Assembly: GCA_029882975.1 (NCBI GenBank)
Contig: JAOUJW010000014.1
Span: 3,814 to 67,813 of the forward strand
Direction: 5' to 3'
Length of the DNA: 64,000 nt
Source of the DNA: Gammaproteobacteria bacterium
GTDB taxonomy: Bacteria > Pseudomonadota > Gammaproteobacteria > SZUA-152
Made by a program: the position numbers and the translations under genes. Below are positions 33,204 through 42,411 of the stretch, in pieces. Under the pieces are notes generated by a model, which saw nothing but the letters and a program-made list of their open reading frames with translations, was not told the DNA's origin and did no database searches. Each line of letters starts with the position of its first letter. The first letter of the stretch is position 1.

Positions 33204-34943
33204 TTATCGATGTGCTGCTGAAATCTCTAACACAGGGGGGGCTGTCAATTTATGGCTGCTAATATCCCAGACATTGGTTTCGGGAGCATAGCCTAACTGG
33301 CGAATACTTCGCGAGGCGATTTTCAAGGCAATATCCGGGGCGACACTTTGTTCCAGCATGGACTCGAAAAAATATTCCATACCCACAATGGTGTCCGCCA
33401 ACAGCTCCAGTTCATGGGAGTCCGGTGGCAGGGTATCGTCTTGAAATGTATCTTGCATATAGCGGCCGATGGCATCGGCAAGGTTGGCTTGAGCTGTATA
33501 ACCGAGTATTTCCATGGCGCCGCGAATATTGCGCAGCAGGTCGGGCGCCTTATGCATTACGGTAATCGACCCGGTTTGAATAAACTCGAGTAAGGCCTTT
33601 TTGAGTGATCCCAGTTCTTTAATAACTTCTGTTGCTATGAGTTTAAGTAGTTTTCGATACTCGGCTGCCGGTAAGCCACCTTTTCGAGTTCCTTTTACGT
33701 CTATACCCAAATCCGAGATCGAAGCATCCACATGAATCAATGCGGCAGCCAAGCCCATTAAGTCATTGTCGGCCAGTTGCTCACCGGCGGCGACTTTGGG
33801 GGCTAAAAACACTGCGTATTCATGCAGCAAGTTTTTCAAATTACTCATACCCAGCATACCTAGTGCTTCGGCCACCGAATTCAGGCTGGTTAAAGCCGCT
33901 GCTAAGGGCTTGGTGGTATTTGTGTTGGTGGCTCTGACCGAAACCTCCAGTGCGTCTTTTATGTCTTCCAATTCCTGCTTGATTTGTTTTGATACGGTTT
34001 CGATGAGGTGGACATTAAAACTTCCCAGGCTCTCACGCGATTTTTGTATGCTGTTGTCGTCAGGAAAATCCATTCCAAAAGCGGTTTTGATTTCAAGGAC
34101 ACGTTGATTGTCCGATTTGGATTGGGAAATGTAGTACAAAAGGTTCTTACAGATTTTATCAGGCGGCTGCTGTACCAGCGCCTTTTCGCCATGAACGATC
34201 AGGAGTTTTATCTGCTGGTCAATTCGACCCAACAAAATCTTTACAGCGATATTGGCTTCCTGCCCCTGGTCATACAAAGAGTCCATCAGTCCTGAGGCCA
34301 GCCACCACAGCTGTTTACCGGCTTTACTGCGGCTACAGTGCATCAAGTTGTCTACAACTGTTATGAGCTTTTCCAGGCTTTCAGTGGTGTTGTGCTTTTT
34401 GATTAGGCCTAACAAGCCTGAAAGATAGCCGGGGCGCAGGCGTCGTGCGACTTCCGAGATGTGTCCGTTGACCAGGCATTCCGCGTCTGGCTGTGGCGGA
34501 ACCGCGATTGTCAGGTCGGGTGAAAAAAACTCGCCCTCGGTCAACAGCTGTTTATCTTGTGCGGCGAGCAAATCATTGAGTTGGGGGAGTAGCACCAGAG
34601 GGACGTCCGGTTGACCGTGGTATAGGCTTTCCAAGTAGGCGCTCAATTGTAATATGGCTGTCGCCATCGCTTCGGTCGCCGCTTGCTTATGGCGGATATT
34701 ATCCAGCAGTAAAGCGTCAGCCAAATTCACCATTTCCGAGGAAAGAAGCGTTGCCCCTCGGATTCCCACCATTTTTAAGGCCCCACGTACACATCTGAGG
34801 GGCTCCAGGCACTGTTCCAATGGGGTCGTGTCACGAAGATTCTTAGAGTACTGTTCGCAGGCCGGCAACACACCCTCAAGCGTTTGCTCAATTTGGGTTT
34901 TTATCCAAACTAGAGTTTTTCTGTCAACCGAGCCCTGGTACAC
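33204..34943 (-). CDS. FimL / ChpA-N-terminal-like scaffold with degenerate HPt domains
   Basis: 579 aa with a GTG start. The N-terminus LVWIKTQIEQTLEG...LEQCLEPLRCVRGALKMVGIRGATLLSSEMVNLADAL follows the ChpA/PilL/FimL pattern, with Arg where the HPt His is expected. A second such motif is LLRNIRGAMEILG. There is no kinase domain. Confidence 0.55.
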   Translation of the reverse strand: MYQGSVDRKTLVWIKTQIEQTLEGVLPACEQYSKNLRDTTPLEQCLEPLRCVRGALKMVGIRGATLLSSEMVNLADALLLDNIRHKQAATEAMATAILQLSAYLESLYHGQPDVPLVLLPQLNDLLAAQDKQLLTEGEFFSPDLTIAVPPQPDAECLVNGHISEVARRLRPGYLSGLLGLIKKHNTTESLEKLITVVDNLMHCSRSKAGKQLWWLASGLMDSLYDQGQEANIAVKILLGRIDQQIKLLIVHGEKALVQQPPDKICKNLLYYISQSKSDNQRVLEIKTAFGMDFPDDNSIQKSRESLGSFNVHLIETVSKQIKQELEDIKDALEVSVRATNTNTTKPLAAALTSLNSVAEALGMLGMSNLKNLLHEYAVFLAPKVAAGEQLADNDLMGLAAALIHVDASISDLGIDVKGTRKGGLPAAEYRKLLKLIATEVIKELGSLKKALLEFIQTGSITVMHKAPDLLRNIRGAMEILGYTAQANLADAIGRYMQDTFQDDTLPPDSHELELLADTIVGMEYFFESMLEQSVAPDIALKIASRSIRQLGYAPETNVWDISSHKLTAPPVLEISAAHR

Positions 34944-35388
34944 TTCGCGCCCCTTTTGCGACCAGTTAGTGTTTATAAAAGTGGTGTTAAATTAGGAAAC
35001 TCTAATTTGCTCAACGAACGGTTCCCATGAGCTTGAAATCAAATCAGAAGTTCCTGCAGTGTGCGTCATTTCAGGGTGGAATTCCGGCTAACACCGGAAA
35101 CCATCAGAGAAATCAACACTGCGACACCGTAAGACACGACTTATTTCGCTATGTCTGTTGCCCGACGATGCGTAGACGGGGTTACGCCCTATTACTTTTC
35201 TATTGTTATCACAGCTGGTGAAGCTTGTCTATTGGTTTAATCATGAATTGTATATGGGCGCAATATTTTTTTAAAAAAAACAGAAAACTTCTTTGAAATA
35301 TTACTCTACGTAGGAATTATCTGAAAAGCGACGGAGGCCGGGGTCAAATTCGTTATAGAGATAAACACGGTCATGGGGGATATTAGAA

Positions 35389-35817
35389 ATGAAGAAATTA
35401 CTTATTTTATTGCTGGGAGTCGGCTTGCTACCTTCCGTCGCACCAGCACACAATTTAGGCGAAAAGTATCTGGCCGGTAATCGGGTAACGGTGGCACTGA
35501 GCAAAGATTTCGTAAACAACGAACGCGCGTTGGCGCGAAACTTCGTCAAACACAAAGGGGTGGAACGTTTGTACAGGAATCTGGTTCGTCACTTCAAGGA
35601 GTATCGTATCCGTCGGTCGCTTAAGGTTGATGTATTAATTACGGAGTTTTACTCCGGTCCCGGGCGTGAGCGTTTAATGGCAGATGTGATTGTGACTGAG
35701 CGTGGGGAGCCGCTGGATAACTTTATTGTGGAGGAAACTACCGCTCTGCACCCGAAGATCAGACGTTTAACTCGAGGTTTGTCCAAACGCATTACCAAGC
35801 GCGCCAGGATGATGTAG
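35389..35817 (+). CDS. Hypothetical secreted protein
   Basis: 142 aa with signal peptide MKKLLILLLGVGLLPSVAPA. Confidence 0.45.
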   Translation: MKKLLILLLGVGLLPSVAPAHNLGEKYLAGNRVTVALSKDFVNNERALARNFVKHKGVERLYRNLVRHFKEYRIRRSLKVDVLITEFYSGPGRERLMADVIVTERGEPLDNFIVEETTALHPKIRRLTRGLSKRITKRARMM

Positions 35818-35869
35818 AGCCAAGGTTGTTTGCAGGATTTTCCTTGTTTGAGGGGGAAGGAAGCCGGCG

Positions 35870-36295
35870 TTAGTGCTCGGCTTCCTCTCCTTCCACGACA
35901 TCGTATTGGCCGCTGATTTTCTTGCGAATAAACGACCAGCTGATACCGGTGGTTAAAATCCAGCTGATAATCAGTTGAACCACATAGGTGAGTGCTTTGA
36001 CACTGTTAGTGGGTATCCAGCCCAGGTCTATGACGACCCAGGTCAAGGATCCGAAAAAAGCCACAGCCAACGCGATGCCGATGAATCCTAAGGAATGCAA
36101 GGTTGCGCGTATATAGATAGTCCAGCCAATTAACAAAACCACTCCTACAAATAATTTCAAGGGAAGGTCTGCTTGAATGTTGAGTATGCCCCAATGATAA
36201 AAGGAGTATCCCTCCGGGTTATAGGTGCAGAAAACCAGGGTGAGTGCGAAAAACAATCGAACCGCAAATCCTGTCCAGCTAAGTGAGTCGGCCAT
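35870..36295 (-). CDS. Hypothetical integral membrane protein (about 4 TM)
   Basis: 141 aa with four hydrophobic segments and an acidic C-terminus. Confidence 0.5.
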   Translation of the reverse strand: MADSLSWTGFAVRLFFALTLVFCTYNPEGYSFYHWGILNIQADLPLKLFVGVVLLIGWTIYIRATLHSLGFIGIALAVAFFGSLTWVVIDLGWIPTNSVKALTYVVQLIISWILTTGISWSFIRKKISGQYDVVEGEEAEH

Positions 36296-36546
36296 AAATA
36301 AGTAACCTGTATAGCGGTGTTATAACTAAGGTGTCATAACTAAAATGTTGTGTTATTGGTCAGAGCCATCCGGCGGATGCAGGGCCCATTATAATGCTGT
36401 AACTGCGTAAATGATAGCGCTGTCGATGGTGTTATAGTGGTTGTCATAATTTGTCATAATTAGTCGTTGGATTGACAGCGCTCATCGGTGTTAGGCCATT
36501 TACGCTTTCTATAGTTATTTCCAGAATCGAATGCTGGAGATGAATC

Positions 36547-37026
36547 ATGAAAGTGTTATTTGTAGTGCCTAAAGATGATGGTGAACACAGTCCGTTAAGT
36601 CAGTTTGCCCAATGCCGAGTGCTCCCGCCAATCGGTTTGGCACGAATGGCCGGGCTGGCCGGTCGTTTGGGAGCGGTACAAGTGCTTGATGAGCGACTGC
36701 ACGATATTAAGTATCCACAAAAATCCGATATAGTGATTCTGTTTATCAATCATTATAATCAGTATCGGGCTTATCAATTGGCGGCACAATACCGCGCCTT
36801 GGGTTGTGTAATTGTATTTACCGGTCCCATGCTTACTCATACAACAGAGCAAGCCAAGCCGCATGCCGACAGTCTATTTATCGGCTCCGGTGAGACAAAT
36901 TTACCGGAATTTCTTTGGGACTACCGATTTGGTCGGGTGAAATCGCAGTACCATAACGAAACCGGCGTTGATAATGTGTCTCACGGAAAAACTCAGCGGC
37001 CGGCTCTGGCCTTGTTGGCTGGGTAG
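36547..37026 (+). CDS. B12-binding-like N-terminal domain protein; possibly a truncated class-B radical SAM gene
   Basis: 159 aa. The sequence MKVLFVVP...PPIGLARMAGLAG...DIVILF...VIVFTGPMLTH...ADSLFIGSGETNLPEF resembles the N-terminal Rossmann/B12 domain of B12-radical-SAM enzymes. The radical-SAM core is missing. Confidence 0.35.
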   Translation: MKVLFVVPKDDGEHSPLSQFAQCRVLPPIGLARMAGLAGRLGAVQVLDERLHDIKYPQKSDIVILFINHYNQYRAYQLAAQYRALGCVIVFTGPMLTHTTEQAKPHADSLFIGSGETNLPEFLWDYRFGRVKSQYHNETGVDNVSHGKTQRPALALLAG

Positions 37027-37325
37027 GCAAGGTTTGGGTTTTGTCGTGGAGTTCGGCCGAGCCTCTGCTTGTAACCATGACGATTGTGCGAATGGCAGGT
37101 TTGCAATCAGAGGTTCAGTCTTAGCAAAAAACGTAACTTGCACGGATATGAATGGAACTCCAGCGGGTTGGCTTTAATAAGCATTAAAACGCCTTAACAC
37201 ACGACACAAAATTGACACGTTTGGGTTGGCAAATTATAGAAAAATGCTTCGGGGTGAGTCTAAAGAGTTTGGGTCCAAAGACGTTAAGTTTTTCATCATC
37301 ATTTAAAACGCGTATCAACAGAACT

Positions 37326-38573
37326 ATGGGCCAGTGTGACAAAACTCACCTCAAGAACATACGTTTGAGATTAGCTCCAACAATAAGTCGGAATATGCAG
37401 CTTAGTTTACTGGTGGCGGCCATGGCGGTACCCAGTCAGTATTCAATAGCCGACCATACGGAGTCTCATCAACTCAATAAGTTTATGGGCGCAAAAAAAG
37501 CTGCGGATTTAGAGCTGTTGCGTCGCAATGAAGAAGTTCGTGAGGCCTACGACAAATTCAAAAAAGTGACTGCGGTCGTCTGGGGGAATGAAGCGGTAGT
37601 ACCAAGCGCGGATATTGAAGTCACCTACCGCGACAACTTAAGCCAACGCAGTGTCGTAAATTACGAACACGGGACGGTGAAAGTGGAGTTGGCAGTAAGC
37701 CCGACAAAAGCAAAATACCAGGATGGTGTACAGCAAAAAATGGCGGGAGCGGTACAAGCTACTATCGTTCAACCACCGGATGATCGTTCTATTGTTGAAA
37801 TGGCCAAGCAGCCCGAGCCTCCGCCCAGCGAAGGTGAGCCCATGTTGAAGGGTTTGGTCGCAGGCCAAGATGGTAAGCCTCTATCCCCGGATAAGATGGA
37901 TGCGTTTAGGAAAGAACAGCTCAAAGCTGTTACACAGCGCGACATAGAAGGGTCAGATGGGCGCAAGCGTACGGTATTCAGTACCGAGTTTAAGTTAGTG
38001 CCAGACCACATTCGAATACGGGCGAAAAAATATCGGCATATGGTGGACAAAAACTCTGTACGTCACAATATTCCAGCACACTTAATTTATGCCATTATTG
38101 AAACGGAAAGTTTTTTTAATCCTCGAGCAAAGTCCCCCGTGCCTGCTTTTGGCTTAATGCAATTGGTGCCTCAAACGGGAGCTCGTGATGCATACCGGTT
38201 TTTGTATGCCAGGGACAAAATTGTTAAGGATACCTATTTATACAAACCCAATAACAATATCAAATTGGGTGTTGCCTATTTGCATATGCTGCATTTTCGG
38301 TATTTGAAACGCATAAAAGATCCTGTGTCTCGCCAATGGGCGGCAATCGCCGCATACAATACCGGAGTGGATAATGTTATGGGGTCTTTTGCGGGTCAGT
38401 ATTCCAAGAAGAAATTCACCAATCGCTGGATCTGGAAAGGGAAGGCATTGAAAAAAATCAACAAAATGAATCCTGAGCAAGTTTATCAACATTTACGAAA
38501 ATATTTACCTTATGAAGAAACCCGAGAATACATAAAAAAAGTCCGGGATCGCATGCACAAGTACCAAACTTAG
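37326..38573 (+). CDS. Lytic murein transglycosylase (MltC-like, SLT domain)
   Basis: Motifs are AIIETESFFNPRAKSPVPAFGLMQLVP (catalytic Glu) and AAYNTGVDNV. The start is uncertain: 37212 (ORF track), 37326 (basic n-region plus hydrophobic core) or 37395. Confidence 0.75.
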   Translation: MGQCDKTHLKNIRLRLAPTISRNMQLSLLVAAMAVPSQYSIADHTESHQLNKFMGAKKAADLELLRRNEEVREAYDKFKKVTAVVWGNEAVVPSADIEVTYRDNLSQRSVVNYEHGTVKVELAVSPTKAKYQDGVQQKMAGAVQATIVQPPDDRSIVEMAKQPEPPPSEGEPMLKGLVAGQDGKPLSPDKMDAFRKEQLKAVTQRDIEGSDGRKRTVFSTEFKLVPDHIRIRAKKYRHMVDKNSVRHNIPAHLIYAIIETESFFNPRAKSPVPAFGLMQLVPQTGARDAYRFLYARDKIVKDTYLYKPNNNIKLGVAYLHMLHFRYLKRIKDPVSRQWAAIAAYNTGVDNVMGSFAGQYSKKKFTNRWIWKGKALKKINKMNPEQVYQHLRKYLPYEETREYIKKVRDRMHKYQT

Positions 38574-38801
38574 CCCTTCCAGGTCGCACCTGCGCAGTCC
38601 CTTCTAATAATTTGCTATATTGCGTGTAGGAATTTTCTTAAGTTTTATTGATTTTTGGCAGATTTCTCTGTAAAAAATACTTATATAAAAATAATCCTAA
38701 GAATAGTACCGTGTCTACGGATTTTGGGGGTGGACGTGTTGGAGAGCGTCCTGGGTATGGAAAAAAGGTTATGTTAAGGAGGCGGCAACCTTTTATTCGG
38801 C

Positions 38802-40739
38802 GTGCAACTTTTGTTGCGCAAGATTATGGGTATGTCTGATAGCAAATCACATGCTGCTTACACGGATGCAAAATCCGGGTTAAACGGATTTGAGTCCAAC
38901 GTACAGTTTAAGTCCTTGGAAGAAAAAGAAAATATATCTAAATTGGTGCAAGATGAAGAGGTTGATAGCGGCCCTCTTTCCAATTTTATATATGGACTAA
39001 TTATTTTCGCGCTGGTTTACGGTGCGGTTGTCTATCTGCAAAAAACCTTCTTTGAAGAACCGGAACAGAGCGGGAGCCATCCAGTTGGTGGATTGGCCGA
39101 TAATCCTGTTCGTCCCTCCGGTCAGACACCGGTCCCTCAAATTGATCAAATTGCTTTAAATCTGATTCGTACCAAAGATTGGGATGTACAGAAACTGTAT
39201 TTTTTCAGACGCACTTGGTTGTCCTTGAAGCCTGCTCAGCAAGCAGCTTTGTCGCAAAGCGCATGGATTGCAGATCTGGAGTCTGCGCTGGAAGAACAAA
39301 TGGGTCGCCCCAGTTTGGTAGAGGTGTTTACGGACGAAAAAGTCATTCTCAAACAAAACGCAATGGTAGATATTAAAACCTTAATAGACCGCTCCAAACA
39401 GATGCACTTAACCGGGGTAGACCCCAATATTCAGCGCCCCGCTGTGGCCCCCGTCACGCAAAAATCACCGGCTGGGCTTGCTGCTGAGACAAAACCGGTG
39501 CCGGATTTCAATGATGGTCTCGTGGCAAAATTGGATCAACTCGTAGAAGAGCAGACCAAACTGGAGCGTGAGGAACAAGCGCAGCAAGAACGCGAGTCGC
39601 AGGCCCAACGAGAGCGAGAAGAGCTGGCTCAAAGAGAACGGGAGGCTCAGGCCCAACGAGAGCGTGAAGAGCTGGCTCAGAGAGAACAGGAGGCCCAGGC
39701 TCAACGGGAGCGTGAAGAGCTGGCTCAGAGAGAACGGGAGGCCCAGGCTCAACGGGAGCGTGAAGAGCTGGCTCAGAGAGAACGGGAGGCCCAGGCTCAA
39801 CGGGAGCGTGAAGAGCTGGCTCAGAGAGAACGGGAGGCCCAGGCTCAACGGGAGCGTGAAGAGCTGGCTCGGATAGAACGCGAGGAGCAGGCCCGACGCG
39901 AGCGTGAGGCACAGGCGCAACGGGAGCGCGAAGAAAACATCAGGCGCGAACGCGAAGCGATTGCACAGAGAGAGCGGGAAGAAAAAGCCAGGCGGGAGCG
40001 TGAAGAAAAGATGGCGTTACAACTTGCTGCGGAGGCGGCCGCGAAGGCACAGCTGGAGAATGAGGGTCCCGGATTGGAAAACATGCAAGTGGTATCCAGT
40101 GAGAATTTTTCAGTCGACCGAAGTAGCGGTAAGATTGTTTCCGTGAAGACTAAGGTGCGCAAACCGACTCAAGAACCGACTAAGCCCAAACCGGTAAAGC
40201 CAAAAGAAAGCAAACCTGCATTCGTTGCTAAAGCTGATACAGGGGTATCGACTAAACAGCTGGCGTCTAAAAAGCCTCTATATTCCACAATAAAATCACA
40301 GTCTACGGAACTGGGTAATGCCGGGGTACAAAAAAAATACTATTACGTAAATGGTGTTACCGAGTTTTCGAAAAGATCCAAAAAAACCCCAACCATTGCA
40401 GAGTTGAACAATCTGACAGTTCAGTTAATCAGTGCCTATGAGGCGGGTGATCTGGAGCGGTTTACTTCCTTGTTTGATGATGATCCGGAGAGCGAGTACT
40501 ACGAACAATTGGAGCAAGTCAAATCAGAATATCAAGATTTGGTTTACCAGACCTCTGACCGACAAATGTTCATTCGAGATATGAAATGGACCTTTAAGGA
40601 CAATGTTGCTATTGGTAAGGGTACTTTGACATTGGTCACTTTGTTCAGTAGTCAATCACAAATTCTTAACCGTAAAAAAGTTTTGGAAATGGTTGCGCGA
40701 AAGGTCGAGAATAAAATCTTAATTACGCGATTTGAATAG
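38802..40739 (+). CDS. Bitopic membrane protein with a long E/R-rich repeat helix and a C-terminal globular domain
   Basis: 645 aa with possible starts at GTG 38802, ATG 38826 or ATG 38832. It has one TM segment (FIYGLIIFALVYGAVVYL) and about 170 aa of REREELAQREREAQAQ-type repeats. The ~150-aa C-terminal domain ends ...ILITRFE. Confidence 0.7.
   Translation: MQLLLRKIMGMSDSKSHAAYTDAKSGLNGFESNVQFKSLEEKENISKLVQDEEVDSGPLSNFIYGLIIFALVYGAVVYLQKTFFEEPEQSGSHPVGGLADNPVRPSGQTPVPQIDQIALNLIRTKDWDVQKLYFFRRTWLSLKPAQQAALSQSAWIADLESALEEQMGRPSLVEVFTDEKVILKQNAMVDIKTLIDRSKQMHLTGVDPNIQRPAVAPVTQKSPAGLAAETKPVPDFNDGLVAKLDQLVEEQTKLEREEQAQQERESQAQREREELAQREREAQAQREREELAQREQEAQAQREREELAQREREAQAQREREELAQREREAQAQREREELAQREREAQAQREREELARIEREEQARREREAQAQREREENIRREREAIAQREREEKARREREEKMALQLAAEAAAKAQLENEGPGLENMQVVSSENFSVDRSSGKIVSVKTKVRKPTQEPTKPKPVKPKESKPAFVAKADTGVSTKQLASKKPLYSTIKSQSTELGNAGVQKKYYYVNGVTEFSKRSKKTPTIAELNNLTVQLISAYEAGDLERFTSLFDDDPESEYYEQLEQVKSEYQDLVYQTSDRQMFIRDMKWTFKDNVAIGKGTLTLVTLFSSQSQILNRKKVLEMVARKVENKILITRFE
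39612..39899 (+). repeat. Six tandem 48-bp units, in frame
   Basis: Units start at 39612, 39660, 39708, 39756, 39804 and 39852. Units 3-5 are identical and unit 2 differs by 1 nt. Each encodes EREELAQREREAQAQR. Confidence 0.95.
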
Positions 40740-40896
40740 TTTTCAGCCCTCATCTGTCGATATTTTAGCCTGGCTCATCGAGTAAGGTCTAATACTTGCA
40801 GCTTAAATTCGATTACACAATCTTTACGCGGTGCCTGGACTTTGGCACAAGTTGGTGTTATTTATTCTGAGAGCAGGGCAATTTAGAGAGAATGCT

Positions 40897-41406
40897 ATGA
40901 ACCAGGAACAGTTTCACTATTTGTATTCCAACTGCAACAATCTGCTTGATATAGCGATGAAACAGGCTTATTCAACCTTGGTACCGGAAAGTACGAATTC
41001 GCAATCGAGTGAAAAGCAAGCAGAATCATCAGGTTTGGATGGTGGCACCTTGGCCGGTCTTAACCTGGATGTGTTGGCTCGCCTAGGGGTATCAACACAA
41101 GAGAGTGTTGAGGCTGTAGAAGGATTGGATGAGTTCGATCCGGAAGAAGGCATCTATACGGAGGAAGCCGGTGAGCAAGCTTCATCCCAATGGATTGACA
41201 GCCAATTGTTTGGTCGGGTTGATATATCCTATTTGGAGACTATTCTTCAGCAATTACCTCAGAACCTACCCACCTTAACTGCCGAGTTGACGAGCGCAAA
41301 TCTTCAGCTTTGGTCAGATGTTCAAAAGCAACACAACCGACCCTTAAATGAACTATTACAGTATATGCGGCGATTGGCTGTTGAAAAGGACACCGTAGCC
41401 GGTTAA
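40897..41406 (+). CDS. Hypothetical acidic protein (no signal peptide)
   Basis: The ATG at 40897 gives about 170 aa; the ORF track starts at 40831. I recognised no motif. Confidence 0.4.
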   Translation: MNQEQFHYLYSNCNNLLDIAMKQAYSTLVPESTNSQSSEKQAESSGLDGGTLAGLNLDVLARLGVSTQESVEAVEGLDEFDPEEGIYTEEAGEQASSQWIDSQLFGRVDISYLETILQQLPQNLPTLTAELTSANLQLWSDVQKQHNRPLNELLQYMRRLAVEKDTVAG

Positions 41407-41449
41407 GACCTAAAGGGTCTCCAGAAATTAGTCTGGTGCTAATCCAGTA

Positions 41450-41480
41450 GGCACGGGATTGTATTCTACAATCCCGTGCC
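41450..41480 (+). terminator. Perfect 14-bp-stem hairpin downstream of the 40897-41406 ORF
   Basis: GGCACGGGATTGTA (41450-41463), TTC loop, TACAATCCCGTGCC (41467-41480). There is no clear T-run. Confidence 0.45.
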
Positions 41481-41613
41481 GATCCTGCTTGCCATAATTC
41501 ATCATTATATTCCTTAGAATTGTCCTTTTTTATACCTCGGTCGGCCATTACTACGGCCAATAATAATTCTAACAAAGCACATTAAACCAAATTTTACATA
41601 CAGGAGAACGATC

Positions 41614-42306
41614 GTGGCTATCGTAAAAAGAAGTGGTATTTCCTATGCAGTTACCTTGGCGTTGTTACCAGCAGCTCTGATTGTGGGCTGCGCCGGAAAC
41701 GACAAACTCACCCGGTTGGATTCGAGTGAACTCAAGACCCCAGAAGTAGTGACGGATGCTGTGACCAATGAGACCGTAGAATTACAAGATAACTTCGCGT
41801 TTGTGCAAATAGCGCCACCGCTGGTTGGGCATGGCGTGAATAGTGAGATTTCAGTGAACGATGCGGAACTGTCCGTACAAGAAGAACCGCTTGCGAAAAT
41901 GGTAGCAGAACAGGAATTGGTGGATGTGGTACTTACCCCTGCAGAACCTGAATATCCGCAGCAGTCCATTATACGATTTGCGGTGGACCAATACGATATT
42001 GTTGATTCTGATCTCGATGGGTTAAAGCAGCATGCTTTGTTTCTACAAAATAATCCAGATATGGAATTGAACATCAACGGGTATGCGGATAGTCGCGGTT
42101 CTGCCCAATACAATTTCCAACTCAGCAAGAAGCGTGCAGATCAGATTGAAGCAATTTTACTCACCCTGGGAGCCTCTCCAACCCAGTTGAAAGTCAATAG
42201 CTATGGCGAGAGTTTTCCGGTTAAGGATGAAAAAAACTGGGACGAAAATCGCCGAGTGGAACTGCAATATAAAGAGCGCGAACAACCCGTGATGGCTCAG
42301 TACTGA
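41614..42306 (+). CDS. Pal-like OmpA-domain lipoprotein
   Basis: GTG start after CAGGAGAA, with lipobox LIVGCAGN. The C-terminal domain is FAVDQYDIVDSD...INGYADSRGSAQYNFQLSKKRA...NRRVELQY. Confidence 0.8.
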   Translation: MAIVKRSGISYAVTLALLPAALIVGCAGNDKLTRLDSSELKTPEVVTDAVTNETVELQDNFAFVQIAPPLVGHGVNSEISVNDAELSVQEEPLAKMVAEQELVDVVLTPAEPEYPQQSIIRFAVDQYDIVDSDLDGLKQHALFLQNNPDMELNINGYADSRGSAQYNFQLSKKRADQIEAILLTLGASPTQLKVNSYGESFPVKDEKNWDENRRVELQYKEREQPVMAQY

Positions 42307-42361
42307 GCGGGAAAGCGCATACAAGTCGCCCTCCATGCACTGCATTCGCGGTGTACTTAAT

Positions 42362-42392
42362 GGCCAACCGGAATCTCGGTTGGCCTTTTTTT
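42362..42392. terminator. Rho-independent terminator between convergent genes
   Basis: GGCCAACCG (42362-42370), 6-nt loop, CGGTTGGCC (42377-42385), then T7. Confidence 0.7.
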
Positions 42393-42411
42393 AACCCGAT
42401 CTCAATGTAAA

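Noticed and set aside
39465-40162. Several long ORFs on both strands and in alternative frames across the E/R repeat region (39465-39920 minus, 39508-39912 minus, 39568-39876 plus, 39845-40162 minus)
   Set aside because: They are low-complexity translations of the same 48-bp repeat in other frames (LSQLFTLPLSLG... and PALHAPVEPGPPVLSE...). They lie entirely inside the well-supported 38802-40739 CDS and have no independent start or RBS evidence.
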